64,000 bases of DNA from contig AP026137.1 of the NCBI GenBank assembly GCA_030295235.1, positions 930,001-994,000 on the forward strand. The letters are read 5' to 3'. This document shows, piece after piece, positions 37,684 to 49,832 of this stretch; within the stretch, counting starts at the first letter, position 1; each line of letters opens with the position of its first letter. This DNA is from Fistulifera solaris (taxonomy: Eukaryota). Position numbers and translations under genes: made by a program. The notes below the pieces were generated by a model that searched no databases, was not told the origin of the DNA, and saw only the letters and a program-made list of their open reading frames with translations.

Positions 37684-39072
37684 ATGGATTACGTAGAAGA
37701 ACATATGTGGCCGCTGACAGGAGGAACAACCTGTTACACAGGTATGCACAACGGTAAAGGAGCCACCGAATGGCATACCCTTCATTTGACAGCGGATAAC
37801 ACACTCTCTTCTCGACCCATTACTTCTCGAGATAATGCGTTAGTCTGCGTTGGTTATTCGGCAACAGAAACCCATGAATGTCTCGTCTTGTTGGATCTTT
37901 CTCGCTTTGATACTCCAGAGACAGCGCTTGATCCTCCTTTAACAGCGAATAACAACGATCGCGGTGATTGGGATGATCAGTCCGTTTCCATCGCTACAGT
38001 AACCACAACAACTTCAACTTTAGGAACACGCGCCAATTCACCCGAAAACGTACCAACACAGCTTTCTACACTCAGTTTTGATTTGTTGTCTCCTCCTCTT
38101 CAGCCACCTCCCATCACAGAAGCTGTCGCGCTTCTCATGATTCGATCGCTGACGGATTTTTCCGTCAAATTCACGAAAACACTGGATTATCGTCCCCTTT
38201 CTCCTCTTCTCTGTTGCTTTTCGGAAGACTGTCAAGGAGTTTGGTTGGGTAGTAGTGATCACAATGAGCTTCATTTGTTCGTATGTCGTCAAAGTACCGA
38301 TTGGCAAGCGTACGATCTTAGTTCCATGACGGAATTTCAACTGACTAGCCCCGTCATGAGCATTAAGTTTGGCCCTCCGAATTGTTTAGCAGTGGCGTGT
38401 CAAGATGGAACAATACGCGTCATTATCTTTTCATCATTTGACGGACTCGCATTTTTGAATGTAACGCAACAACAAGTTATGGTAGATGGTCCGATTGTAT
38501 GTCTTTCACTGCGATCTTGGGATGCCAACAACCAGTGGCTCGTCACGGCAGGGTCACTCTGTGGATACGCCATGGAATGGCGAGTCGATGCGGAACAAAT
38601 CAACGTCAGCAATCCAGCGATGATTGCCAAGGGATTTTGGAATGGAGCCATTGCGGCAGAGGATTCGGTCATGGCCGTTTGCTCCCTCGATGATCGAGTG
38701 CTGATTGGAACACAGTCTGGAAAGGTTCTTTTGTATGGAGTTGACCACAACACAAATACTGAAAACAAGGAGAAGTCATCGAAGCGACGGTTCCAATTGC
38801 TGTGGCAATGTCAACTACCTTACTCGATTCACGGGTTGGACTTTCTGTCAGGAAACGACGAGAAGTTTTTAGTTACGACACGAAAGTCCATTCATGTCTT
38901 CCAACAAGGCCGATACAACTTCTTGAACCACGCAGCATCGATTCGATCCAAGCTCATGGACATTATTCAACAAGAAGCATTAGAAGCGGATAAAGCGATT
39001 GAGGAACCACAGTCTGGAATAGAACAAGCAGAAGAGACCCATGTATCCGAATCAGAGTCCCCTCTGGAGTAG
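37684..39072 (+). CDS. Kaptin (KPTN)-like beta-propeller protein
   Basis: LAVACQDGTIRV, VDGPIVCLSL, DSVMAVC, VLIGTQSGKVLLY, FQLLWQCQL, VTTRKSIHVFQ follow the motif order of kaptin as recalled. Confidence 0.6.
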   Translation: MDYVEEHMWPLTGGTTCYTGMHNGKGATEWHTLHLTADNTLSSRPITSRDNALVCVGYSATETHECLVLLDLSRFDTPETALDPPLTANNNDRGDWDDQSVSIATVTTTTSTLGTRANSPENVPTQLSTLSFDLLSPPLQPPPITEAVALLMIRSLTDFSVKFTKTLDYRPLSPLLCCFSEDCQGVWLGSSDHNELHLFVCRQSTDWQAYDLSSMTEFQLTSPVMSIKFGPPNCLAVACQDGTIRVIIFSSFDGLAFLNVTQQQVMVDGPIVCLSLRSWDANNQWLVTAGSLCGYAMEWRVDAEQINVSNPAMIAKGFWNGAIAAEDSVMAVCSLDDRVLIGTQSGKVLLYGVDHNTNTENKEKSSKRRFQLLWQCQLPYSIHGLDFLSGNDEKFLVTTRKSIHVFQQGRYNFLNHAASIRSKLMDIIQQEALEADKAIEEPQSGIEQAEETHVSESESPLE

Positions 39073-40165
39073 TCGCACGGATGACACAAGTGGTTTTTGC
39101 TTTTTGGAACGGGGAGAGTTGCGATCCTTGCCGAATTGAGAATCATTACTGCCTTAACCAAAGTTTTGTCGACAACATTGATTCTCTCTGATATTGCCTT
39201 TTCTGAGCGATATGTGTTAAGGCTAGCTTACGCTTTCATCGCAACAGCATCTCTTATCTTAGCGAGACAGTTCTGGTGTCCAATCATGGACGGTTCAAGT
39301 AAAGACCACACTAGCGTATGTAGCGCTCCGGACCAGGGCCGAGAAGATGAGGACGAGCTCTATGTTCGATCAGGACGCTTTTAGCTTGAATGAGAGTGTG
39401 AACGACGACGGAGATGACGACGACGACAATTGTGTTTGGCAACAATGCTGGGGGCTTTTTTTTAAAGGAAAACCAAAGGCAACACTAAGGAAGAGCGGTT
39501 TGAGTTGCATGAAATGAGCACGCCGATTCTTCTTTACACAAATTACGACCAAGAAGGCATGCGATTCAACTATATGATGACTGTTTCAACAACTCGCATT
39601 CTTGACTCTTAAACAGTGCTTCTTCGGAACCGACACCAAAGAAGTACTGATGAACCAGGAAGCTAAAGTTCATGGCAAGACAGCAGCTGACAAGGTCTAC
39701 GTAACCCCGATATGCAAGCCGTTGCACGAAATGGTGGTCAGCTTTCAGTTTACGACAATCGTACGGGAGAGACTTATTATTCGCAAAAATGCGCAATGCA
39801 TTGATAAGGTTTTGATGTCATGAACAAGATCGATAAGATTAGGTCGTTTTTTCTCGAAACAGCTACGAATTAATGAGTAGAGCCTCAGCCATGTAGCCGC
39901 TACCCCTGAGAGCACTCGAAGAATCGTCTCTTGAGAGGGACTGTGCGGATTGGCTTTAGTTAGATACCAAATAAATTTATTGTTAACTAAAAGCATTATC
40001 TTCTCAAAAGGAGACGAAACGTTTGTGTGATTATAATAGCCGGTAAAGAGACATCAGATCGAACTTGAGACGTCGATACTGCGCCGAATTAATCACCAGT
40101 TCTTCACAAAATAGGTAACGAATAATGCAAACCCTTATTGAAGATTTCGTTTTTGCCAAGGAGAG

Positions 40166-40591
40166 CTAATTAATCAAACCTGCGCTAAAACAAAACTGAA
40201 GAAGTTTATCTATTTGCCGATAAATTCTCATGGCTTGGCCCGTCTTGGCAACACGCACAATTTCAAGCCAATACGCTTTGAGGGTATTCTTGGTGACTCG
40301 TTTCTTGAGAGATCCCAAGAAACGACCAACATCGCTCTCGAGCGAGCCATCAAACGAGAGGAAGGCCTCACCCACGGACGTAATTTTGTAACCCAGGGGA
40401 TGCCAGCCGGCAGGAAAAAGTCCTCCTCCTCGAACAGACAAACAAGAATCCGTATGGCTTGCATCAAACGAACTGCTTTTCAAGGTGGTAGCGGTACGCT
40501 CAATCGTCTGCATCCTCCGCTCGGCGGAAATTGTATGCGAACACTGTGCGCAAAAGATGATCAAGAACCCCAACAACGTGAATCGAGCCAT
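40166..40591 (-). CDS. Small hypothetical protein with signal peptide
   Basis: MARFTLLGFLIIFCAQC; VRGGG motif followed by a ~85 aa globular-looking domain. Confidence 0.6.
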   Translation of the reverse strand: MARFTLLGFLIIFCAQCSHTISAERRMQTIERTATTLKSSSFDASHTDSCLSVRGGGLFPAGWHPLGYKITSVGEAFLSFDGSLESDVGRFLGSLKKRVTKNTLKAYWLEIVRVAKTGQAMRIYRQIDKLLQFCFSAGLIN

Positions 40592-40707
40592 GATGAATGA
40601 TTGCAAAAAAGAACTCAATGTCGTCAACGGGGGAAGGAGGATGAGAAAAATGGGAAATGTTAAGAAAAGCAAATGGAAGAATAGTCTATACGTATACAAG
40701 TAGATGC

Positions 40708-40985
40708 GAGTCAAAATACCATTAGCCCAGATTTTATGGAGGCGTCAAAATACCATACTCCCAGATTTTCTGGAGGCGTCAAAATACCATACCCCCAGAT
40801 TTTCTGAACACGTAAAAATACCACACTCCCACATTTTCTGGAGACGTGAAAATACCACACTCCCACACTTTCTGGAGACGTCAAAATACCACCCCCAATA
40901 AATTCTGTGGACGTGGAAATTACCAGGTATTCATTGGTGGAAACACCATAGTGCCCCAGATTTTCTTGGGACGTGAAAACATCAC
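40708..40985. repeat. Minisatellite, ~33-34 bp unit, about 8 copies
   Basis: aaaataccat/cactcccagattttctggaggcgtc at about 40713, 40747, 40781, 40815, 40848 and 40883, then decaying. Confidence 0.9.
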
Positions 40986-42343
40986 AGCCACACGCAGAGA
41001 TCGACAGCTTCATCAACAAAATAAATGATACTTTTGCATTTCAATCCATATTTTTTCTTTTTCCTTCATAATTCCTCCAAATCGTTGCACTCCCGAGCAA
41101 GTAGCGCATTGTTAGCACGGTAGAAGGTCTTTCACCTACAAGCTGCTTCGCGACCCGGTCAATCTCGAAGAACTGAATGAATCAAACTTAAGCTGGTCGG
41201 TAGCAATGACTTCATTGCTCATCCTCGCCTCAAGTTCTCTGTTTCAAGGAATGAGTGATGCGCTGCGCCTCGGGACCTTCACCGCTCCTCGCCTTGATTC
41301 TCTTTTCGAAGGGCCATGGTAAAAACGATGGTCATAAAGTGCGGCCTGAGGGTAACTCAGTGCTGGTACCAGCGTATGCCTGGCAGGTTGCGAAGTAAGA
41401 GGAGAGAAGCTTGCTCGAAGTCCACGGTGACGACCTGGTATGCAATCACTCCGTAAAGTAGCAATGGAAATTCCACGACAGATGAGGATGGCACCAACGG
41501 CGACGGCCTCAAAGGAGGACCAGTAAGACCGATTGCGATGACCATACTTATTCCGGTGGCGTCCCCTAGAATGGCGGCCGACCCCCGCCAAAGGAGGGCC
41601 GGCTGAAAACCAGCTGGAAGAGGTTAGCTTCATATCAAGACAGCATGGTAGAAGTTCCGAAGGATGACCCCGGCGACTAAAGTCGACTGAGAAGGCATAT
41701 CTTGAGGTGGCCGCCCCGTGTTAGGGCCCAGTCCCAGCATCGATAAGGCTCGCTCTACCCGACCCCAAATGGGGGTTGTTTGATTGCATTGAAGCATACG
41801 CGTCCCCCGTCCGACAAAGGGCGGCGCCCAAAAGCGGTGGAAAATGGATCACAAAAGTGTAAGCTCTCTTTCACACAGTCTCAGTCAAAAGACTGAGACT
41901 GCGCCAACCAAAGCTGGCCTACAAGATCAATCTGACGCAAAAGTAAACGTAAAAATAAAAAATATAAAACGGAAACAAACAAAAAGAACAGAAAGAACAG
42001 AAACTTATATTGAGTAGCTGCATTTTGATTTTCTCGTGGTCGTAGTTTGAAAGCAAGACTCCTAATCAGCTGTATGATTATTGCCTTCTACCGAGTGTGA
42101 AACATCATCGTACGACACCGAGATCGAGTGAATACCGAGATGTTCGCGTTCTTTAGCAGTTAACAAGTTGCCGGTCATGTACAGCAAACAGTCGTTGGCC
42201 TTGAAAAAACCATCGCTTCGCTGAAGCTACCGAGTCGCAACGCCCAAACCCAGGTCAGGCCTCTTTCATAAGCATTTTTTTGTTCAATTGGCCGTTCTAT
42301 GGAGCAGACGCGTTTGTCTCCGCTAAGATTTTCAACGAAGCTT

Positions 42344-43956
42344 CTATTTTTCCGACTGGTTTTTTATACTGGGAGCTATGGACACCGCTCCATTGTCACG
42401 CAACAACTTGATCGTTTTGTGATTACTAGGAAGCATCTGCAGTGTCAGTCAGAAAGAAAAAAACAAGTAAGAACGTCAAGGCAACGAAAGGTGCGGTTTA
42501 CCGGTATAAGTTCTATGTCGTAGAACTTACATGTTCTGCCCACCACAGCGCTGTTCCACCGTTTCCATTGTTGGTTCGTGTGTTCAAATCCACTCCTTTT
42601 TGTATCAAATACTCTACCACTTGCGTCTGTCCTGCCCTTGCCGCTTCGTGAATCGCTTGCCAATGGTTGGCGTCACGTTGCTGCAAGATAGCTGGTCGGT
42701 TTGCGCCAACTCTCGGATCGCATCTAGAGCTCCTCGAGCCGCCAAACGATTGATGTTATGCGTCTTTTGGCTGTCATTTTTCTCGTTCACATTGTTGTTT
42801 GATTTCTGTGGTGTTTCTTCTTTCACAAAGACAAACTCTTGTCTCCATCGGGTGGCCTCTAACGTACCTTCTTGAATGTGAAGTGGTAAATCTTGCCTCT
42901 TAGTTCCAGGAGAGACTGCATTGGACTCATCCCATTGCGATAACGCTTGTTCATATTTTTGGCGTAGTAACGTGGCCTCGTCGGCTCGGCGATTGGTGCT
43001 TTGGTTGTCTTTCTGAAATATCTCCTGTTCTAAATTCATGGAATAAAAGAGGGGCTCAAAATGAACAAAGACATTGGCAAACTAGTTGCCCTGTAACGGA
43101 TAGGGTCGCCCATGCAGTATCGAATGCGATTCGTACAAAATCATATCACCTGGTTGCATGGTGACATTGACCGGGATGCCATCATGCCCCACGATTTCCA
43201 AAGGCCAATCTTCTTCGACATCTTGTGCCACATTGATAATAGCGGAAAGAACCAGTGGTAATCTGTTTTGAAAACAGACATGAGTCGTCAGCAGGATCTT
43301 GACAAAGAGCACGGAACATCCAACAACACTCACCGATCCACATGAGGCACTAGAATACTTCCTCGTTCGTACACGCGAATTCCGTACATCAACGTGGGTG
43401 TCAACGTCGATACTCCACTCCATTTGGCGATTGCGGATTGTACTTCTTGTTGCAAAAATGCCACATCTCCGGGCATCAGGCCTGCCTCGGTATTCTCGAA
43501 CGACAATACTTTTGTAGGTGCTTCCCAATGATTGACATACATACTACCTCGATTCCAAACTTCAGTGCGAAGTGCTGGATGGGATGATGGTTGTTCTAAA
43601 GACTCGAAAGACGAATGAAGGTCCCAAAAATCTTGTAACAATAAAAAGGCCGCATCCGACAATCGGACTTTGGTATAACCGTTCGAAGTAAAATTGGTTT
43701 GCAGTGCCGGCTGCATCGCATTCAACGCAATTCGTTCTTGTTCTCTGGCGTCACAGAGTGCTTCACCGTACGTTTGATAACATCCTTGCAGAAACTGAAT
43801 GTATCGGTCATTTTGAAAAGGTTCTTCGAATGGGTGTTGTTGTTGTTTGGGCCAGGAATCCTCTATTCTTGGATTGTTTGTGGATGCTGTTTCCGCTATA
43901 ACAAAAGAAGCAAGGAAACAGCGATAAAACAGTGTCGTACGAATGAGTTGAAGCAT
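42344..43956 (-). CDS. Divergent 2OG-Fe(II) oxygenase + ankyrin, copy 5; contains an in-frame TAG (possible pseudogene)
   Basis: MYGIRVY, PHVDR|LPLV across intron 43263-43333, HGRPYPLQGN*FANVFVHFEP, ankyrin HWQAIHEAARAGQ after a frameshift near 42695; intron 42437-42530. Confidence 0.75.
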
Positions 43957-44363
43957 GTTCAAAGCCAAGATATGAAGTATAACTTGTGCGCTTGGGTATC
44001 GTCGTCCTTTATGATTGCGATGGAACAAGAAAAGCGAAATCGACGCGCAAAAATAATAGCAGGCGCGTTTATTTACGCGCACCTCTAACCTTATTGTTGT
44101 CAAAACGGCTCCGCAGCTACACATTCGCTAAGCGATAAGTGTGCTATCAAATACACTTTAATCATATATTAGTAACATCAGTATAATGCAAAGTGTTGCT
44201 TTACGCTGACCCGTCACTCGACCCATCAGGTTTCAGTCACGGCATATTTTTATCTCGTCGGCATGGCTGTGCACGCATTTGTTTCAAATAACAACAAAGC
44301 CCTTCTCGAGAAACAACAAAAGACGTAGAAACGTAGCAATCAAAGTAAAAATAAAACAACAAC

Positions 44364-46371
44364 ATGGTGAAGCGACCGGTTGCGGCGGGACAGATATCAC
44401 CACGACGACGAGAGCCTCCTCGAATACGATGTTGTTTGCCTCTATGGAGAGTTGTTGTCATCGTTCCGTTCCTTCTTATTATCCATCTTCTTTACGTATT
44501 AACGAGAATGGACTTTGTGACGTTGCAGGAGTCATCCGAAATGCCAGAGAATCATCATTTAAAGCATTTACGAGATAGCTTTCAGTCTCCGCAGCACCAA
44601 CAACCACAATCATCTGTCACGAAAGCATCTCCTACGATTCCGAATGTTGAAGATTATTTGACAAAGTTAAGAGCTCTCGAAAAGACTCTCAATGCTAAAT
44701 CATGTCAACGACGAAACGACAAGACGGATGAATTTGTTCTCAATGGAGACTTCTGTTCCGATTCCTCAGCAACCAACTTTGTCTATCACAATTCACTGCC
44801 GTTTGAACGCATTTTTTGTGGTCAGGTCATTCCACCCAATTCACATACTACAACCAACCAACTATGCCATTCACCAGCCCGACTATTTGAGCAAATTCCA
44901 CAAATTACCGGAAATATGAAACCCGTGCAATTGTCCTTTCGTGCATCCTCCCAAAGTCATGCGAAACTTTTTCCATGCGATATACCTTGTCACAGTGTCG
45001 AAGGAGGCGGTGTCGTTCAAACACGCTACGTCACACCCATTGACAACAGTGCGGCATGGAAAATCACTTTTCCATGGAAGGACCCATGTACTATCGTCAA
45101 CTCGCCATTCAAGAGGGAGAATACAAAAACATCATTACTATTCGACGACATCGTACGAATCGGAAGTCCCCTTGCCGTACTTTTCCTGGGCCGAGTACGA
45201 CATTCATTCTCCATCACCCGTCGACTTTGATACCGCCATCAAAGGAGCGTCATTCATGGCGAAAAATTGTGCTTCGCGGAACAAACGAGAGGCCTTGGTG
45301 CAAGAACTCTCTAAACATTTTCGAGTCGACGCATTGAGTTTGTGTTTGCACAATGCCGAACCTCCACCGGGAGCCAATTTGAGAGACAAGATTCAAACGA
45401 TGCGCTTCTACTTGTTTCATTTGGCCTTTGAAAATCAGTGCTATCCAGATTATATCACGGAGAAGCTGTGGGGACCCATGCAAAGTGGAACGATTCCGGT
45501 TTACTTTGGGAGTCCGAATGCCAAAGATCATGCACCTAACAATTCACTCATAATGGTCGATGACTTTCCCGATGTTGCTACATTAGGGAAGTATTTAAAC
45601 GAAGTGGCAAACAATCGTACGTTGTTTGAGTTCCATCAACAGTGGAGAAAAGAACCGCTTCCTCCCCATTTTCATGCCCGCTATGATTTTACCGAAGTTC
45701 ATAGTACTTGTCGAACCTGTCGGTGGGCGTATTCGAAATTTTATGGTCTGGGTTGGAATCATCAGAATCAAAGTTTGCGCGAATTGGAAGTACCTCGCTT
45801 TCCCTGTGTCAATGGTGATGGGCAACTCGTCCAGCCATTTACAGAGCAGTGGCTCACTCCTTCGTATGCGCCGCCATCTTTGACCTACAATGGGCCATCA
45901 CAACGGATATGTTATGAACGCGAAAGCGAAACACTTTCGAACCATATACTGGTTATCGGTGATGCTTTACGCCGCACCGTTTGGCAACAAGATGGAGTCA
46001 TCGATATGCGAATCGACTTGTTGGATCCAGGTACAGCTTTCCATCCGCACATTTTGCAAATAAGGGCACCCTTCCTAGCAGGTAATAGCATTGCAATGAA
46101 AGAAATAGAAACAGGGCACACTCGAATACAAAGCGGAAAGGCGCGATTTACTGTCTTAACGTGGCCCAAAAGAAATGTAGAGCTGAAACAGAACGGTGAT
46201 GGTGGCGTAGTAGAAATTATCATCGATGAAACTTCCCACATTCCTCTGAAGCTGCGCATTATTGTGGAAGATGTAGAAACGCTACGGAAAGGAGCCGACC
46301 AAGACGAAAACTTTTTCGGAGGGCTAATGAAGAAAGACTTTTTCAATCCAATGGAAATCTTATTCTCTTAA
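44364..46371 (+). CDS. Alpha-1,3/4-fucosyltransferase (GT10), type II membrane protein
   Basis: N-terminal TM; SMEGP after a frameshift near 45070; FHLAFENQCYPDYITEKLW; PVYFG. Confidence 0.9.
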
Positions 46372-46445
46372 CAAAAACATACGCCTCAACTCTTTTCACA
46401 CTACTTTCAGCACGGGCAGATGTCCTTAACAGCTGGAGGCTTCAA

Positions 46446-49163
46446 CTACCTCGCTGCAAGAGCGGCCTCAACACCCAGAAGCTGACTCGATGCCCAATTC
46501 ATTCCTCTACTAAGGCTTCTTTCCGTAAGTCTCGCAGCTAACAAGAGACCGAATTCGCGGAGTTGGGGTGCGTATTCGCGAACTACAGGAATAAGCTTTC
46601 GAAGCCGTGCTGACGTAGCCGCTCCTTCGAAATCTCCCAACAGGAACTCAATAAGTTTGCCGATCTGTTGTACCATCTGAGCGAAAAATGGATGGACATC
46701 GTTTTTGAGTCAATTGTTTCAATCGCGGAGAATATTCGGCCGACGTAGCTACTTACTCGTTTGTCGTTTTCACTTAGCTCGGGGTTGATAGCGCGGATAA
46801 ATGAAGGAACAGGGATTGGAAGCCGGTTAAAACCTAGTGTTCGTCCCAGTTCTTGGAGTGCATTTCGACCTGATGCATCCACAACAGTCACAATTTCTTC
46901 CAGCATGAACTCTCTTAATACATCGCCCTCATTACCAAAGAAAAAGGACAAGGCTCCACGAACGGTCTCTTGGTCATTCACAGTACTTGCAATAGTCTCA
47001 CTGGAAGCTGTGGCTAAAGATCCATTTTGCAATCCCGTTACTGGACTCGCTGCTGTGCCGCTCACACGGAAACGTCCACCATCAACATCCGTGTCTCGTT
47101 CAGAGATATCAACCTGCTGTGAACCAACAAAATCTCCAGCGGATCCTACCACTTTCATCCCCCGGACTCCGTCCACTTTAAAGGCACTACCATCCCCATC
47201 ATCACGCACAGCTGTGAATTTTTCCAATGCTTGCAACAGATCAATAAGGTTTTCAGCATCAAAATTTCCATCCCGCCCGTATATCATGTAGCGCAGCGTG
47301 GCTCGAAGACGCGGGGAAGGGTCCGTCATCAGTCGTCGTGCAATGTAAGGATACGCTTCATCGATGATCGCAAAATTGGGGTTGCCAACAAGAGCACTTA
47401 GGGAATGACTTGTGAGCTTACAAGGTCTGCGTTCATAGACAGCCAGTTGCCTCAGCATAAACAATGTACTTACATTCCTTCCAAAACAGAAATAGCCCGA
47501 ATCACCAGCGCAAAGTAAGGTGGAATGCGGAAAGGGTACTCGAAAGTGATCTCTGCCAGGTCAGCGGCCAAGTCTTGAAAGTTGATACTCTTGGCACCTC
47601 CACCCGCCAAAGCAACATCAAAGACCTTAGTCAGCGCCGGAACGATAGGTCTGGTATCCGTTCCTTTGGGGATAAAGTCTAGATTAATGAAATCTTGACC
47701 AATCTCTGAATAATCTCGGTTAATCAAATGTACAATCGCTTCTATCATTCCATATTTCTGATCTTCTGTTACCTCCGTCATAAGACCGAAGTCAAGGATC
47801 GCCAAGCGACCGTCATTAGTGCGCATCATGTTCCCCTATTATTTGGGAACCCTCCCAGTTAGTACATGCGATCATCGATGGGAATAGATTTGTAAGGCAT
47901 CATACAATGGATCAACGTACCGGGTGAGGGCTTTGAGAGATAATTATGATAAAGCGTGTGAGAGATACCGTTGAGCGGCACCGCAACAAACCAAACAAAA
48001 CTCACTCTGCGTGAAAGAAACCAGAATCTAACAATTGCGTCAAATAGGTAATAACTCCCAAATTCACCAAAGCACCGACGTCATCCGCTTTGCTCTGCGA
48101 TAACTTTTCTCCTTCAATCCATTCCGCCACATGCACACGACGGGAGGTATATTTAGGATAGTTCTTCGGAATGACCACCATGGGTAGAACCGCCATTTCT
48201 TTCGCAATTCGTTCTCCATTCTGACACTCCAAATTGTAATCGAGTTCTTGATAAAAGCGGTACGCAAATTCATCCAACAAGGCGACCGCATCCAACCGAT
48301 CCGATAAATTCAAACGACGAGCGATCATACCAAGTTCACGCGCGAGATACAAATCCAGTGATACAGTTTCCAAGACGGCCGGTCGTTGCACTTTGACAGC
48401 GACAGTTTCTCCGGTTTCACGCAACGTGGCCTTGTACACTTGTCCCAAAGAAGCGGCCGCCACGGGTTCGGGAGTAATTTCGGAAAAGATTTCTTCCACC
48501 GGTCGACCCAACTCCCCTTTCAATAGTGGCAAAGGCAATTTTGGAATCAAACGACGGCACTTTGTCGCATAGTTTTTGCAATTCCACCATACTTCGTGGA
48601 CTCAAAATATCGGGACGAATACTGAGTGCTTGACCGATTTTGATAAAGAAAGGACCGAGTGATGTAATTAGATCTCGTAATTCAGCGGCTCGTTGTACTT
48701 CCAGATTCGCATTCGTTTTGCCGCGTTGAAATAACTGATCACCCAGTACATTGACTAGAAAACCCGCGCTCACTGTCATCAATTGCAGTACGCGTGTCAG
48801 TACCGCAGTCGGTCGGGACGAGAAGAATACTTTGAGTGCTTGCGGATCGTAATCGAAGGGCAACGAGTCATTGTCACGTGGAGCAATGTCGACGAGACGC
48901 ATCTCGAGACCAGCAACAGCTGTGTCGTCGTCATTCAAATTCTGTCCCCGTAAAGCTTGCATCATGAGACTGGCGTCTTCGTTTTTAGCCAATTCTCTCC
49001 GCATCTCTTGCATGAGTGAACTCGTATCTCGTACTGTTGAATACAAACGACTTTGACGTATGCTCGTCGTTACAGGTGCCGATAATACACGAGGCTGCAG
49101 GCCCTGAAATCCTTCGACATCGGAAAAAATATATCCGACAAATAGCGCTGTTGTTATTCTCAT
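46446..49163 (-). CDS. ABC1/UbiB atypical kinase, plastid-targeted
   Basis: LGPFFIKIGQALS, AAASLGQVYKA, VAVKVQRP, HA|DPHP|GN, DFGL; introns 47931-48005, 47836-47920, 47397-47473, 46677-46756; frameshift near 48520. Confidence 0.93.
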
Positions 49164-49364
49164 TTTTTAGCAAGACAGCGATAAATTAATAGAGTAAGAT
49201 GAGCCGAGCGTTGAGATAATAGCAACGTCAATCGGCCTTGCTGTGTCTACAAGTCGCAATATAAGAAAAGGAAGAACAAAACAAAACGAAACAAAAAAAG
49301 TGACCACGTGGATCAATACGTTTCCGTATAGTACGTCGTACACTCGGTCACACTGACTCATTTC

Positions 49365-49660
49365 GACTTACGACTGAACGGCAGTCCTGGTTACTCTTAC
49401 ACTTTGACCATACACAGGAAGAAAACGACTGGAAGGCAGTCGTGAAAAAAAGTAGCATACACTTGGGACCTATAGTGGAGAGTGATCATTACGTCCATTT
49501 TCAGTAAAACAATCAAGGCGTATGATGTGAGTGCTGCGATAAAGGATAATTCTATTTCGCAAAGGCTTCTAAGCTATTAAAGCTAGTAAAACGAATGGAG
49601 GTTGGAGATCATTCTGGCTAGCGCGAAGAGTCTTTATGCGTGACTGAAATCAGTCGTGGG
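49365..49660 (-). repeat. Dispersed hairpin element, three degenerate copies
   Basis: cgactgaacggcagtcctgg..acactttgaccatac; cgactggaaggcagtcgtg..acacttgggacctatagt; cgtgactgaaatcagtcgtgg. Confidence 0.65.
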
Positions 49661-49832
49661 AAGAAGTCGCCCATTCGCAAATCGCGAATTAGGGATGAAG
49701 GATGAACATCACATCATGGATATGCTCTCTGTATATTTATTATTTGATCTTATGTATGTTATATTTATCATTTCATCATTCATACTACATTGAAGAGCCA
49801 CTGTATCGCATTGACTACAAGCTCGGCGCATC

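Noticed and set aside
39097..39996. Several short ORFs
   Set aside because: No recognisable motifs or consistent exon structure
40708..40985. CRISPR-like appearance (33-34 bp repeats)
   Set aside because: Units are contiguous with no unique spacers, no cas genes, eukaryotic context
41115..41145. gaaggtct resembling RNase P CR-I
   Set aside because: Match too short and no convincing CR-V or P4 pairing
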